From assembly GCA_021432655.1 (NCBI GenBank), contig MU271246.1, forward strand, positions 62,001 to 125,505: a stretch of 63,505 bases of DNA. The letters are read 5' to 3'. How positions within the stretch are numbered: the first letter of the stretch is position 1; each line of letters opens with the position of its first letter. The notes beneath the pieces were generated by a model. The model was not told the DNA's origin. It worked only from the letters and a program-made list of their open reading frames with translations, and searched no databases. This DNA comes from Atractiella rhizophila (Eukaryota). Below are positions 1 to 13,712 of this stretch, in pieces. A program made the translations under genes and the position numbers.

Positions 1-927
1 CAAACGTGACGATGAATTCCTTCTATTTCTGGGATCTGCACCTCCTTGCACTCAGGGAGTGATAACGAAGCATCACGACTGCATCGTTGGACGGATAATC
101 ACCAATTACGGGTTGTTTTTCATTCGCAAAGGACATAGAAAGCAAAACAAACTGGGCGAACGGTCAGGGGGTGGAGGCGATACTTGTGGAACCCAAGCAG
201 ATGAAACTAGCGCCGTCTGGGAAATACCCTCTAGTCAAATTCATTTCATTATTGCGCACCATGCACAATGAGAAGTTTCAACTGCTGAAGAGGTGAGGAG
301 CATGCAGATGAAGCCATAAATAACGGCTTGCTCCCCTACAATCACGGCAGACTGTGTGAGCAAAGAAGCGGGACATATAACGATCAGAAGACTTTCGCAC
401 CGGCACTGAAGCTGCTACTCTCTATGCTACTCTCTATGGCTGCTACACTGCTCCTGCAGTGCTCATATGCGTCCACAAACAAAAGAGTTCTCTATCATGG
501 ACGTACTCCCTGGATTTCATTCCAAATGGGCACCGCGCCAACGTTGTACTGCAGATGAAAAGTCAGCAGTAACAGTAACAAGTCCAACTGGAGTCGGTTT
601 AGGGGATGAATAAAACTCACAAAAGAAACGTAGATTCTAAGTGTCAGTCCAAGTCAATCTCCAACAAGCAGCCAAGCAGCCTAACCACTGCCCTTGATCT
701 TGCCCTTTTCGTGCAAACATCCTCACATTGGCACAACCTTAAGTTGGAACGGATTCGGAGCCGAGACCAAGCACTCTTCCACTTCGTGAGAGCGACGCGT
801 TTCAGCCTCATCTGCACCCCTCCTTTGCAGCAACTGCGACACTGACGGCAGCGCGACAACATTGGCAATTGATAACATCGCCATAATCCGCAATCTTTAA
901 TCATTTCAGTTTGAGGAAGTTGTAACA

Positions 928-3626
928 ATGCCAAAGCGTAAGAGAGCCGAAATCGAGCAGCAACAGCAACAGGAGGAAGAGGCGGATAGTCAGGAAGAGT
1001 TTACCGTTGGTGAGACTTTGCTCGTTTGATTACCTTTTACTTGAAACCTGATAGGGTACAATAGAGAAGGTGCTTGACTCGCGGTACAGCAGGTCGAAAG
1101 AGAGGACAGAGTTCTTGGTCCAGGTACGGTGCATCATAGCAGTCATTTGGAGCTGAGCGCTTCTGGCCAGTGGGCGGGTTATAGCGAATCAGAGAACTCG
1201 TACGTATTTCTTACTTCATTGTTTTCTGCCTTGCTGATTTGTCCTGAGATGGGAGCCATTTGAGAACTTCAACGACACAGAGTGTATCTTTGTACGTCAC
1301 TGCCTTCATTCTAGGGGCAGTTTCTTGATGTGTACGTTTACTTGGCTGAAGGAATTCTACGATCAAAATCCAAAAGGTCATGGCTTCAAACAATATTCGC
1401 GGCGGGCAAAGAAAAAGGAGAAGAAAAAGAAGAAACAAAAGTCGTCGACCAAAGCTTCTCAGGTCGAACAAGCTTCAAGCTCGCCTGACGAATCGCTCAT
1501 CAAGGAAGTGAAGAAGTCAAAAAGCAAGTCAACATATCAATTCCCGTCGCAATCACAGGGTGCAAGAGAAGTGACCGAGGAAGACAGTTCAGACGATAGC
1601 GTTCCACTCCGCCAACAAGTCAGTGGGAACGATTGGAAGAGGAGAACAGTGGAAGAGAAGCAGGAGAAAGAGCCACCGAAGCAAGTTACAAAAAAGAAGA
1701 CGCTAGCGCAGCTGGTCCCAGAGTCAGAGAGCGACAACGATGAATTCGAATCGATGCTCATTCCTCCTAAACGAAAGGGGAAGGCAAGTGAAGCAATCTT
1801 GATTGAGTCTCCGCGAGGTACATCGCCTGTTGTGGAGACGACTGTCACACAACCTCTAGCACCAGCTCTGATGTCGCAGACGCAATCTGCTCGAGATGAT
1901 GTTATGGATGTGGATGTGGCAGGAGGTGGAGGAGTACCAGAAAGTCACATGAACCTTTTCCTCGACGTGATGGACGAAGGAGATGCGGTGAATCATCTTC
2001 CTCCTATTCTTCCAAATGAAACAACGACGCAGCTCCCCGGGCCACCCCGCGCATCTGGATCACGACACGGGTCCATCATTCAAGTGGAAACGTCTCGACA
2101 ATCATCCACAGCCCCAGTTCACTCCATCAATACCTCCGCGCGGCATTCAATTGGTTCTGGCCCTGTATCCGGTCTGGGACAAGTTCACGATCCAGAACTG
2201 GATGCCTTCAATCGCTCACTACATCACGATCAGCTGGTGCGGCCATCCGTCGTCCTGAGTGATCTGAAGAACCAAAGGAAAAGCTTGATGGCCGCTTTGG
2301 GGGCTTTAGACTGGTGGAGAAAGCCGATGAACACCCTTCCTGATGCTGCTTCAAAAGGGAGGACGTTACTCAAGTTGTGGTGGGGCATACCGGATGGAAT
2401 AGACGCGTTGTTGCGTGTAAAAAACGCCTCCGGGAACGACGGGAAGGGATTCATCATCGCTGACCAGGCGACGTTCGAACTTGCGGCGACTATGGACGAG
2501 GTCAAGCGACTGCAAGAAACGCCGGATGCGGAAAGATGGAAGCTGAAGGAAGAACTAGGAGTCGAAATCAATGGAGATATCTTTGCCCTCCTCTGGTTCC
2601 TGAAGTCAGACGATCTAGTAGGACGAGAAGGCAGCGACGGCGACAACTCAAGAGCCCGGGCATTCGAGTTTTCGAGTGAACTGGATGGAGATACGGACTT
2701 CGTGTTTATTCATGTGAGCGAACTGGACGATGAACAGAAAGCGAGGGAGGTTTTGAAGAGGATCGAAGAAATAGACAATGGGAGGATAAGAAAAGATGGC
2801 TATGTTTGCTTCTTTGGGAGTGCGAAGCAGAAGGAGAGAGTATGGAAGCGCATATGGGATGGAGGTATATTTCTTTCCATTCTTTACAGAAACTGCTTTT
2901 CGAACAGAGTTTAGGCGTCGCCGTCACCTTTACACATCTGGCCATGCTCAATCACATTGATCAACTCAGAAATTTCTTAGGCGGAGTGGGAACTGATCGC
3001 AACTTCAACTCTCTCCAATCTCTACGTCCATCATGGCTTCTTCATCCATACCTCCATCCTGGACTGCTTGTGGACAACGCTGTGTTTAACTTGCAGACCA
3101 ATTTGACCAAAGATCCTTGGCTTAATTATCACTTAAGGTGAGTCTTGTTCTAATGTGGAACTTTGTAACAGGAGATGAAACTGTCTGCTTTAGCGTTCCT
3201 ATTGTGCGATCCATTTTATTGCACGCCCTCGAGGCTTTCTTACCCAACAACAGCTACTCCACCGTCACGCGCCTTGACCCATCCCTCTCCCTGGTTTGTC
3301 CTCCACTGAAATACGAAGCACCTCCACCGATTTTAGCACCATCTTTCGACTGGTTCCCTGTTGGGAATGATCGTATAAACGATGTCGAAGACTTGCATCT
3401 GTACGGCCTGGATCCAATCATGGAGGAGAAGGAACTGGAAGAGAACGAGCTTAAGGAATTGCAGGAGCTGAGCACTTTGGTCACCTCTTTCCGCGACAAG
3501 TACCTGAATGTAAGGAGATGGGTCGTCATTACGGCAGATGCAGAATCGATGAAGACGACATCATTTTCAATAGACCATGAAGAGGTTCACCTTCCGTCAC
3601 CTTTGTCTAAGCATGAATGGTACTGA
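928..3626 (+). CDS. Chromodomain protein with long low-complexity linker and C-terminal globular domain (multi-exon)
   Basis: ATG at 928. Short spliced exons give EEFTVEKVLDSR...TEFLVQWAGYSESENSWEPFENF, a canonical chromodomain. Continues through ORF 1325-2914 and exons ending in ORF 3138-3626. Confidence 0.85.
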
Positions 3627-3799
3627 TTACTGCCTTATAGATCGAGTTTTTCACTTGGGACAGATTTAACGATCTTTTTCTTAACGGAGACGGTCTTGCT
3701 TGGCTGTAGTTTATAGGCTAACAATTGCTTTCAGTTGTTGTATTAGGTAGCATTGATACTTCTACTGTATAAACTACATCTTGCATTGTACTGCAACTT

Positions 3800-5329
3800 C
3801 TATTTAGCTCTAATATCGATAAGAAACCCATCTGATCCCGTCACCCTTACCAGAACCTTCCGTCGTTTACTTTGTTTGATCCAGTCGCTCAACAAAGCAA
3901 CATCTGGACTGCTCACCTCCCCCTCTTTGATGACATCCACTCTCAACAGACCGGAGCCGTCCAACATCTTCCTCCGATCCACTATCCGAAATCCAATGTC
4001 TAAAAGCTGTTGGGAGAGGTCGAAATGGTCGTGTCCGTGGAGATCACCGTGTGAACTAGAGTGATGGGACGTTACGGGCGGTTCGTCATGGAGGTCAGGC
4101 TCCGGGTGGCGAGAGTGAGCGGAAAGAGGGGAGGAGGCGTCAAGTAGCCTGAGGATGGATCGAGCGCCGGGTTTGATAGCTTGCCATATGATCATCATCG
4201 AAACTGCAAGGCCAGCGAGTGGTTCGGCAACAGGTACGCCAGCAGCAGCACATCCTAAACCCAAGGCGGCTACGGCTGATCCATTCATCCAAAGAACGCG
4301 TCAACAACCTGCTCAAGTTTCAGAGTGAGAGCCTTACCCGTCGTCCAAGAGTCCGAACGATGGTGTGTGGCTGTGGAATGGAGGAGTTCAGAGTTGTGTG
4401 AGATTGCGATGCGGTTTGTTGCTCTTGAGAGCCATTCCTTCGATAGGATCACGACGAGAGCTATTGAGAATGCGACTCCAGCTGCCTCCGGCGACATTGC
4501 GACATCTCCCGCCGCCCCCACCGCTTCAGAAGAGATGTGTAAGTGGCCTCCGTGCGCGTAAGCAGTGGGTAAGAAAGTGATAATCTTCTGTAAAGACTCC
4601 CATGCGAATCCGATTCCAGCTCTGACGATGATAGCCGAAACGATTAAACTAGCGAATGGATCCAACTTGTTTAATTCTCCTCTTCCGCTCCCAAAATACC
4701 GCTGTATGCCTAGACACCTAGCAAGGAATCCCGTTCGGTTCCTCTTCAACATGAGAGCTGTAAGGGCAATGGAGTCAGAAATCACGTCAGCAAGCGAATG
4801 CCACCCATCGGCTGCGAGCGCTGTGGAGTGGTACATAGAGGCAGCTGTGAACTTGACTCCTGCAAGGGCGATGTTGGAAAGGAATCCGACGAAAACGATG
4901 CGGATGTCTGGCTGAGAGAGAAGGGAGCGAAATGGCGCTTCTAGCAGGACGGACATCTTCTCTTCGTGCTCGTTGTGAGAGTGATCGTGCGAACCGTGCC
5001 ATCGTTTTTGTGAAACTAGAGAGAAAGGAGAGGAAGGAGGAGCCGGCAGAGCAGAGCGGGAAGGGAAGGGGGTGAGGCTATCCTGAAAGTTTGGGCTGTT
5101 CCGCATCATTTGTAAGCTACTGAGTTGACCACGACCACATCCGCTATCGGGAACTGCTTTAAAGTGGAAAGGAATAAAGAGAACAGACTCACTAGTACTT
5201 TTGCTGTAGCCTACTTGTTCCAATGTGAATGTGAGACGTTCGAAGTGCCGAGAGTGGTCGCGTTGGCAGTCCGCGGTACAACAACTGGAGCTGGATCTTT
5301 TTCCATGGTCCTGAGCAGCGGTGGAGCAT
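3800..5329 (-). CDS. Cation diffusion facilitator, mitochondrial MMT-like metal transporter
   Basis: Arg-rich presequence from ATG 5329, RWHGSHDHSH His-rich segment, ALAADGWHSLAD (TM2) and HHRSD (TM5) motifs. An intron at about 4276-4338 joins ORFs 4285-5223 and 3800-4288. Confidence 0.85.
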
Positions 5330-5665
5330 TGCAGAAACTCTTTAAATACCCCTCAAAACCCCTTCCTCCTCAAGTGGCTAGAGGTAAAACTTTGAACAAA
5401 TGTCACGAGATTTCAACGGCGGAGAGATATTCGTGTTTCTGTCAGCCTCTATATCCTGGACAGCGCCATGGCACCTGGTTAGTTCTGAAGAAATAACATT
5501 AATAGCTGAGAATACCAATTATGCACCAATTAATACACTTGGCCTCCCGGTGAGCGGAAGTCTGTGAAAAGCTTGGATCGTCGTTTGTTGCGGATCCGAG
5601 CAGTGTTTATCATAATATTATTTACCCGAACTTTGTTTTTTTTTACAATCATCAACATCAACACG

Positions 5666-8600
5666 ATGTCATCCTTTCCTCTTCTTCACGACATACTCAT
5701 CGCAGGTGCTGGATCTAGCGCCCTCGTGGTCGCCTCACGATTATCTGTCTCAAATCCATCATTGTCCATAGGCAGGTACCTTCATCGCTGCTCGAGCTAA
5801 CCAATCAATTTGCCTTGTCTGCTAAGGAATAATCGAATCTGGTTCACTCCTTACTCACGACAAGTCGATCGTCCAGCCCGTGCTCGCATACTCGAACCTC
5901 TTTCCAGACCCAAAATCAGATCGAAGTACGTTTGTCGTAGGACAAGGCGGAGAAAAGGTGGGAGGTAGAACGCAATGGAGTTGTTATGGTCTGTTCCACT
6001 TTCACGTTTGTTTGATTTGGGACTCACGAAAGGAATTGGGTGGAACAGGTTCCACTGTCGGCGGCAGCTCCTGCAGTACGCCCTCTCACTGCCCTGTTCG
6101 GCGTCTTTTCTGCGACAGCTGTTCTCAAAAGATTCCCGTTTGTAGTCTCGTTAGGCGCATACACGCGAGGTTCGGCGTCTGACTTTGACTCGTGGAGGAT
6201 GGAAGGATGGTACGCTTGCCTGATCATCGTGTTCGCTCTGACACTGAAGCGTGAACAAGGACTGCAAAGGATCTCCTCCCTCTCTATCGGAAGGTGCCTC
6301 TTTTCTCGCTTCTAGTTTGAGGATGGATGGTGATAACGATAAAGTTGCATGGGTAGAGCGAAAACTATCAAATACCTGGTGCAGTTGCAACGATACATGG
6401 GAGTGATGGGCCAGTGAAGGTTCGTCACTCCCTTCTACACCTCTTCTGTCTCACTCTTTCCCGTGTTTCTGATCGTGGGACAGGTCAGCTACGGAGGAAA
6501 CCAACTCTCTGTCGGCGCACAATTCATACAGGCGGCGAGAGCGGTGGGTGTGCCTTTCAAGACTGAGTACGCATCATTCGCCTTCCCTTCTTCCGCTTTG
6601 CTTTAGTGTCGCGCGCATTGGCTTAAGTGATTTAACCCGTGCAAGACATCGAGCTTGTTTGTGCATGAAAGAAAAGAGGAGAAATGATGAGAGAAGCCGG
6701 GGCCAGTTGACGTCGTTCGTCTCGACTGTTCTTCCTTTATTCAAAAAGAGGGGACGGGACGGGACGACGAGAGAAATCAATACCGGAATCTTCGGACCAT
6801 TGTCCACTCTGATCTCCTTCTTTCGTCCTTTTCGATAACCACAATGCTCGTTCCGCTAATGCTCTCGCCTCGTATAACAGTGCACAAGACTTTGCAACTT
6901 CAAACGCAGTGTTCGCGGTCCCAAAGGTCAGATTTCTCATTCTGTTATTCTGACTGTCATTCACGAATGGTAGAGTAGTACATCGACAACCGAACAGGAA
7001 CCCGGACCTCCTCTCTCAACTACCTCCTCCCACTCAACCCCTCAGTTCACAGCGCCACCTCTCCCTCTCAACCTTCAGCCAACCCAAATCTGCACATCCT
7101 GACCCAAGCCACTGTTGTCCGCGTCCTCCTCAGCGCAAATGATCCGCCTAACGCGGAAGGGTTCGAGGTGGAGACGAGGGTGGGAGGAAGGATGGAGGTG
7201 CGGGCGAGGATGCTGTGTGTTCTCGGATGTGGAGCGTTGGGTTCGTCGATTGTGTTGGAGAGGAGCGGAGTGGGAAGGAGGGAGGTCCTCGAGAGGGCAG
7301 GGATTCCTTGCAGGGTGGACTTGAGAGGGGTGGGGGAGTGGTAAGTGGGTTCTCTCCCTTCATTGAAAGAAAGAGACCTGAGTGCGGACTGCTCAAGTCT
7401 GATGGATCACCCATGTACGCCGTTTTCAGTAGACACAGGCCTAGACTGAGATCACTGAACGAAGTGATGGTGTCGAAATATCGGACAAGCTTGGATCAGG
7501 AGACCCTCGATCCCCTCTTCACTCAGAACCCGGAAACAGTCCAAAGGGCGGAGAAAGATTTCATCGAGGGCGGCCGCGGGCTCCTCACAACGAACGGGAT
7601 CGATGCTGGTCAGTTGTTCCGAGTCGCTCGCACTCTCTATGTCAACTGAATTAATTGGTTGGAATGCCAGGTGCGAAGCTTCGACCAACAAACGACGAGA
7701 TAACCTCTATGAATTCGCCTTCATTCCAATCCGTGTGGAACAATTCTTTCTCCCATTTCCACGACAAGCCTCTCGTCTGCCTCACTGTCATAGCTACGTT
7801 GGTCATCAATCCCAACAGCCCCAAGCGGACCGGGATAGTGGAGAAAGGGTTTCAGGTGCTGAGCTGGGCTGCATATCCTGAAAGTCGAGGCAGGTATCAT
7901 CACGGCTAGTGAGAAAGGTCGGTAATGCGAGGTTATAGGAAGCATTCATATCAATAGTCCAGCTCCGGGGGCACAGGTCACTTATGACCCAGGATTTCTG
8001 TCGAACGATGCTGATATGGCTCCTCTCGTTTGGGGTTACAAGAAAGGTTCGACTCCATCATTTCTTTCATCCCAACGCGCAAATCACTGAGCAACAAATG
8101 ACGAATCAGCGCGAGAAATCGTTCGGCGCATGACCTGCCTCCAAGGCGAGCTAGCGGACGCCCATCCCAAGTTTGCGCCGTACTCCAGCGCTCGAGTAAA
8201 GGACCTCAATAACGAATGGATGGTTTCTGAGGAGTGGGATCCGATTAAGGAGCCTGAGAACGAGGTGGTGACGTACTCGGAGGAGGATAATAAGGCAATC
8301 GAGGAGTGGATCCGGAACACAGTCGCGACTACTTATCATTCTGTAAGCCCCTCTCAGCCCTGGAGGACAAAAGAAAAAGAAAGCATGCTTTGTTCTCTGG
8401 TTAGATGGGCACATGTGCCATGAAATCTAGGGATCAGAATGGAGTCGTGGATAGTCGGTTCGTCTCTGCTCCCACTCGAGGATGTATCTAATCGAGAAAG
8501 GAAGGTTGAATGTCTATGGGGTCAACAAGCTCAAGGTAATAGACATGTCGATCATTCCAGCACCAATCGGAGGAGTATGTCATTCCGTCACTCGCTGACC

Positions 8601-8702
8601 CAGCTAATTTGACACTGCCCGTAGCACCTATATGCTTCTGCTCTCATGGTTGGAGAGAAGGGAGCAATCATCATTGCCAATGATATTGGCCTAGCGATTT
8701 GA
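5666..8702 (+). CDS. GMC oxidoreductase (AA3, alcohol-oxidase-like), many introns
   Basis: DILIAGAGSSALVVASRL FAD-binding start, GGSS motif, LERSGVG, YPESRG, ATTYHS/MGTC, LKVIDMS and ASALMVGEKGA motifs across exons. Confidence 0.9.
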
Positions 8703-9029
8703 ACTTCGACGAGTAAAGCGCAAGCTGGCTAGAAACGCTAACATGTAAACACCGGGAAAGTCCATCTTATGACCACAGTAAAACTTTGTCATTTCGCACA
8801 CTCAAAATTGTAATTTTGTACTTGCTACGGAAAGAGATGTTGCTGTTGAACGGTAAATCTCTGCTGCACCAGTATGCTACCTCTTCAAGGCAGTCCATTC
8901 GCAATTTGAACTTCAAGAATTCCAGCTGACAAGCCACTGAACCCAGATTAGACCAGCAAATACGGCGCACGACCAAACAAATCCTACTTAGATCGAGCAG
9001 GGCCAACGTCCAGAGTTGAACAACAGGGC

Positions 9030-9926
9030 ATGGCGACACAAGAGAAGGACAGTGCACTCATGGCCATCGGGGCGCAATGTTCGCACCATTCCTGCTTACA
9101 AATTGACTTCCTTCCACTGCCCTGTCCCAACTGCAGAGCTCCCTTCTGTTCCTCGCACTTTCGACCAGACACCCATTCCTGCTCCGCCCCTCCACCTGTT
9201 CCAGCAATCTCAGAATCGACCAGCAGCAACGTTGTAGGTGGAGGGACTTATAAGGAGCTTGTGCCCTCAAGAGATAGACATGAAGTGGCCCAAGCTGCGA
9301 GAGAAGCTGCGAAGGAAGAGAGGAACAGAGAGGTCGCTGAGAGAGTGCACCTGATGAGAGAAAAGTTGGGGTTGAAAGATAAAGAAAAGCAGGAAAAGGC
9401 TGGTAAGAAAGACAGTGATACAGTCCGCCTGATCAAGCTTCGTCAGCGAGCGAAAGCAGCTTCAAAGAATGAGAAAGAGAAGGATGTGAAGCGAAATGAG
9501 AAGCTGTTCCTTTCCGTCGTTTGGATTGGAGAGATAACAGGTATGGGACTGAAGGAATCAGAGAAGAAGGAGCTGTGGTTTCACAAGGTACGTTCCTGAA
9601 TTTAGTGGCAAAGCCAAATGCTGAAGGTCCCATATAGAATACAACTGTTGGGAAGGCTCTCGACCTCATGGCTGATCAGTTCCAGCTCTCAAACGTGAAC
9701 AACCGCGTCACTGATCCATCAAAGGTGACTGACTAATCATCCCATTGTTTATATTTTGCCTCTAAGCCAAAGAGCGTAGATTTTACACGTCGCGGTTCCA
9801 ACAATGGATTCAATCAAGATTCCTTCCCATTCAGAACAACTAGATAAATTTCTCAAGGATGGTGAGGAGCTGTGGCTCATACGAGGGGATGTCAGCCATT
9901 TTTGCGGCCTGGAAAGCACCTCGTAA
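9030..9926 (+). CDS. AN1-type zinc finger protein with probable C-terminal ubiquitin-like domain (ZFAND1/Cuz1-like)
   Basis: IGAQCSHHSCLQIDFLPLPCPNCRAPFCSSHFRPDTHSC zinc finger. Downstream exons TTVGKALDLMA and FLKDGEELWLIRG. Confidence 0.85.
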
Positions 9927-10062
9927 CACATGTACGAGGACAGTAATGCTTCATGTGTATTAATTTGGAACAATGATACCACCGAGTGATAACCTTCAAT
10001 AAATCTAATTGGCAGGCAACTGATGAATTTTATATGACCCTCAGCTATCTGACCTGACTATA

Positions 10063-11520
10063 CTAATCGTCCCAGCTCGCTAAGATGTCCTGGGGGAGCG
10101 TGAATATTGAATGCGCCGCCACTGAGTCGAATGGATAGGTCGAACTTAGAATAGAAAGTTCACCTTCGGCGACATGCGACGAAGCCAAAGGCAACGATGA
10201 CAGTGATGGGAGACTCAGCGTTACTTGAACATGTGTCAACATCTTGAGTATCTTGAAACGCCTTCAAGTTTGATCGTCTGATATCCTTGACTGTTCGTCC
10301 TTCACCCCACACTCTCACATTCAGATCGGCGATCCGATCTTCTCTTTATCCCATTCTCCAAAGAATAAATGAACCTTCAGTCAGCGTTTTGGAGTCCATT
10401 TCTTCTGTTCAGTACGGCTTCCTTTTCACTCCGCGATCGCCGAACAAGCAGGGGATGAATTCTCGGAAATCGAACCAGTCCACCGGACGATACTCAAGTT
10501 GTATGCTCCTCATCTCTTCTTTGCATTTTTGAGTATGCCCAAACCTGCGGGTAACAAAGTTCGAAGTTTCCTCACCACAGTCGAGGGTGAGGGAGGTGAG
10601 CTGTCTGAGGTGAGAGCAGTCGATCGGAGATAGTTGGATGGAGGCATTTCCATCAGCAGAGAACGGGGCGAGTTTGAGGTGGAAAGTTTTAGAATTGTGG
10701 TAGAGGGTGCCTGAGCTGGAGGGAGGGCGGAGACACATTTCTGACAGTGCCAGGGTCTGCAGCATGTGTGGATGGGAGAGAGATGGACCGGTGGGTACCG
10801 ATAAAGATCCAAGTGTCAAAGGCTAGGAGGTAACTGAACGCTGATTGACGCCGAAGAGGTAAAGGTGGTGGGGAAGAATCTTCATATCAAACACTGAGGC
10901 ATCTGATCTTCGTGTAAACCTCTCCACCTCCCTTTCCTGCTCTTCCTCGAACCGTCATGTCCATGGATGAATGTGCAGATGGAAACCGTTTAACCTCCGG
11001 AGACACCTGACGTTTCCCAAATATTGACCTGTGTGACGGCGTCGAGAACTGCAGGTGAGGAGCACAACAATTCTAAGGGCATCTTTGCAGAATCATAGTC
11101 CAAGAGTATGAGCGGTAAGAGAAATTGACACACAGCTAAGAGTTGTCAGAGGTCGGCGTGGTAGAATGACGGAGAGCTGAAGTGAGTTGCTGTAATTTAG
11201 TTTGCGTGACGAGGTTGACAAGTATCATCGAACCTGGTTCCTAAGAATCGGTGTCCATACTGCTTTGCTTAGAAATGGAAGACTATAGGGTCTTTCGAGG
11301 AGACTTCAGCGGAGGATCATAGGGTAGTGTTGAGAACCATTGAGAACGAACGAGGAGCTCCGACTTTCGACCTATGCCAATGGGAGATGAGATCTTTGAG
11401 ATGCATTTCGTGCCATTGGCCGGGGTTGGCAGGGTTTCAAGTTTTAGCAGAATCGAGCTCGAATTTGTGTCATTGTCCTGCTAATGTCTCAACGCGGGGT
11501 AGATTGGTAATCCAGAGGAT
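10063..11520 (-). pseudogene. Possible decayed F-box/leucine-rich protein gene
   Basis: Broken frames with Leu-rich fragments (HLRQLTSLTLDC, LQTLAL), an ITNLP-like F-box start near 11510 and a terminal ...LASWDD*. Stops in all frames. Confidence 0.3.
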
Positions 11521-11887
11521 GAGGTGAAGCGATAAAACTTGGATCCTGAAAGGCATCGCCGCGACCGGCATGTTGGGGGCGGCGGGCTCCACTTTGCCTT
11601 TGGAAGTTTGCCGGGTGGAGCTGCTTGCTCTTGCGTCGAGGAATCAAGGAGAGAGCGGGCTGGATTATGGCCGTGCGGGGCGCTGAGAGATACTGAGAGT
11701 AGTGCGCGGCCACAAGACTTGGAGGAGCTCCCCTTTGCTGCGACTAGCAAACATCAGGTACATCAGTGGTGAGACCGGTGGAGCTTTTGTTTATTTCCAG
11801 AACATAAAATCCAGACAGCTTCGACATCTCTTTCCCCCCAACTCAACAACACCACAACACGTTTTGATCATCTACGAGTTTACGACG

Positions 11888-13378
11888 ATGACCTCAAGCA
11901 ACCCTGTCAGACAATTAGGCAAGAATGGTCCACGCAGTAAGCCCTTCCAGCCAATAGATCATGGCGTTGACGCATTTGCTGGTGCTGGGCTAGTCCCCGC
12001 GCTTGGATTTGGTGCTATGGGTCTCTCTGCCTTCTATGGTCAATTGAAACCCGAGGAGGAAAGCAAAGCGCTATTGAAGAAGGTATCGCCGCCGTCTTAT
12101 CCTTATTGTTCGTCCACAAGACACTGTACTGATGATGGAATGATAGGTCCTCGATCTTGGAGTGCAGCACATCGATACTGCTATCCTGTATTATTTCTTG
12201 CCTCCGCCTGCAGTGATTGTCGCTAACAAATGGCGATCGAATTAGTTATGGTGCTGGAAAGAACGAATCATTGATCGGGACGGTGCTGAGTGACCCTGAA
12301 TACCGCAAGAAGTGCTTCATCGCTACAAAGGTTTGTGCGTTCCTCCATTCACTTTCCCCGGCATATGAACGCGAGCACTTCAGTTCGGAGCCATGTATGA
12401 TCCAGAAGGAAAAATGTATTTGTCGGGGAAACCTGAGGTCGTGAGGCAATGGTGCGAAGATTCACTCAAGCGACTGCAAGTGGATTCTATCGACCTTTAC
12501 TATCAACATCGAGTGGACCGAAACATCCCGATTGAGGAAACTTGGAAGGAATTGGCAGCGCTGCAAAAGGAAGGAAAGATCAAGCACCTTGGAATCAGCG
12601 AGGCGACAGCTGATGAGATCAGGAAGGCGCACGCTGTTGCTCCTATATCTGCTCTCCAAATCGAATTCTCATTGTGGACGCCTGATATCAGGCTCGTCTC
12701 TTACCACTTTGCAAATGCCACGCTGATAGAGATGCTCATAGGACAAATGGCATCTTAGACACCTGCCGCGAACTGGGGATCGCGATCGTCGCTTACTCTC
12801 CTCTAGGCAGAGGTATGTACACACTTCTGCTTGTGTTACGGCTCTGACTTGGAGGAAAAGGATTCCTCACTGGCGCATACAAGCCTGAGGATTTCAAACA
12901 AGGCGATTTCAGATCCATTAACCCTCGTTTTCAGAAAGAGGCGTTCGACGAGGTAACCTCTGGTATTGCCATTTGACAGAGGGAATGAGCTCACGTTGGC
13001 TTGCAGAACATGAAACTAGTTAATGCAGTCAAAGAGATTGCGACGAAGAAGAATTGTTCGGCAGGTCAACTGGCGCTCGCTTGGGTTCTCGCGCAAGGAG
13101 ACGAGTAAGCGGTTCCTCCATATTTGCATCAGCAGGAATCTGACAGATCGCTGTAGCTTCTTCGCCATCCCTGGAACTAAAAATGAAAAATATCTCCTTG
13201 AGAACGTCGGCTCGACGGAGGTCAAGCTGTCTGCTGAAGACCTCAAAGAAATCGACGCCATTGTGGAGAAAATCAAAGTCGTGGGAATGAGGTTTGTTAT
13301 TGTAACTTTTTCACTGGGTTCTGCTTATGCTTTCCTAGGTACCCAGCTCCCTCCAATGTCGTCGGTACCGCCTTTTGA
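11888..13378 (+). CDS. Aldo-keto reductase (AKR13/YakC-like), copy 1
   Basis: [56 protein letters not shown] and IPGTK motifs over about 10 exons. Confidence 0.95.
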
Positions 13379-13712
13379 GCAGTTGTAATTTTAGTATGTT
13401 AAGACAATACATCCTGCAAGTCAAATAAATTGAAATATGCCTTGTGACGCGCCTTAGAGTGGGAGTAAAAGTTGAAGAAAGTCGACGGGATCGTTCAGCA
13501 AATGTGAGCGTAGAAGCATTGCCTTGGAGAAGGCTCATAAGCAACAATATTCCTCAGAGCTGGAATAGCCTCATGATCGTTTCTGTTCGTCAACGAGCAG
13601 ACGATCGCAAAGAAAGCCAAAAGTAGTATTACACTACTCGTACATCGCCTCAGATACACAAACAGAGTACGAACCTCCTCCAAAGTCAAAGTCCTCCCTT
13701 CTGAGTCTCTCA

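Noticed and set aside
414..437. 12-bp tandem duplication (also 15-bp at about 41147 and gcatca repeats at about 35294)
   Set aside because: Ordinary slippage repeats.
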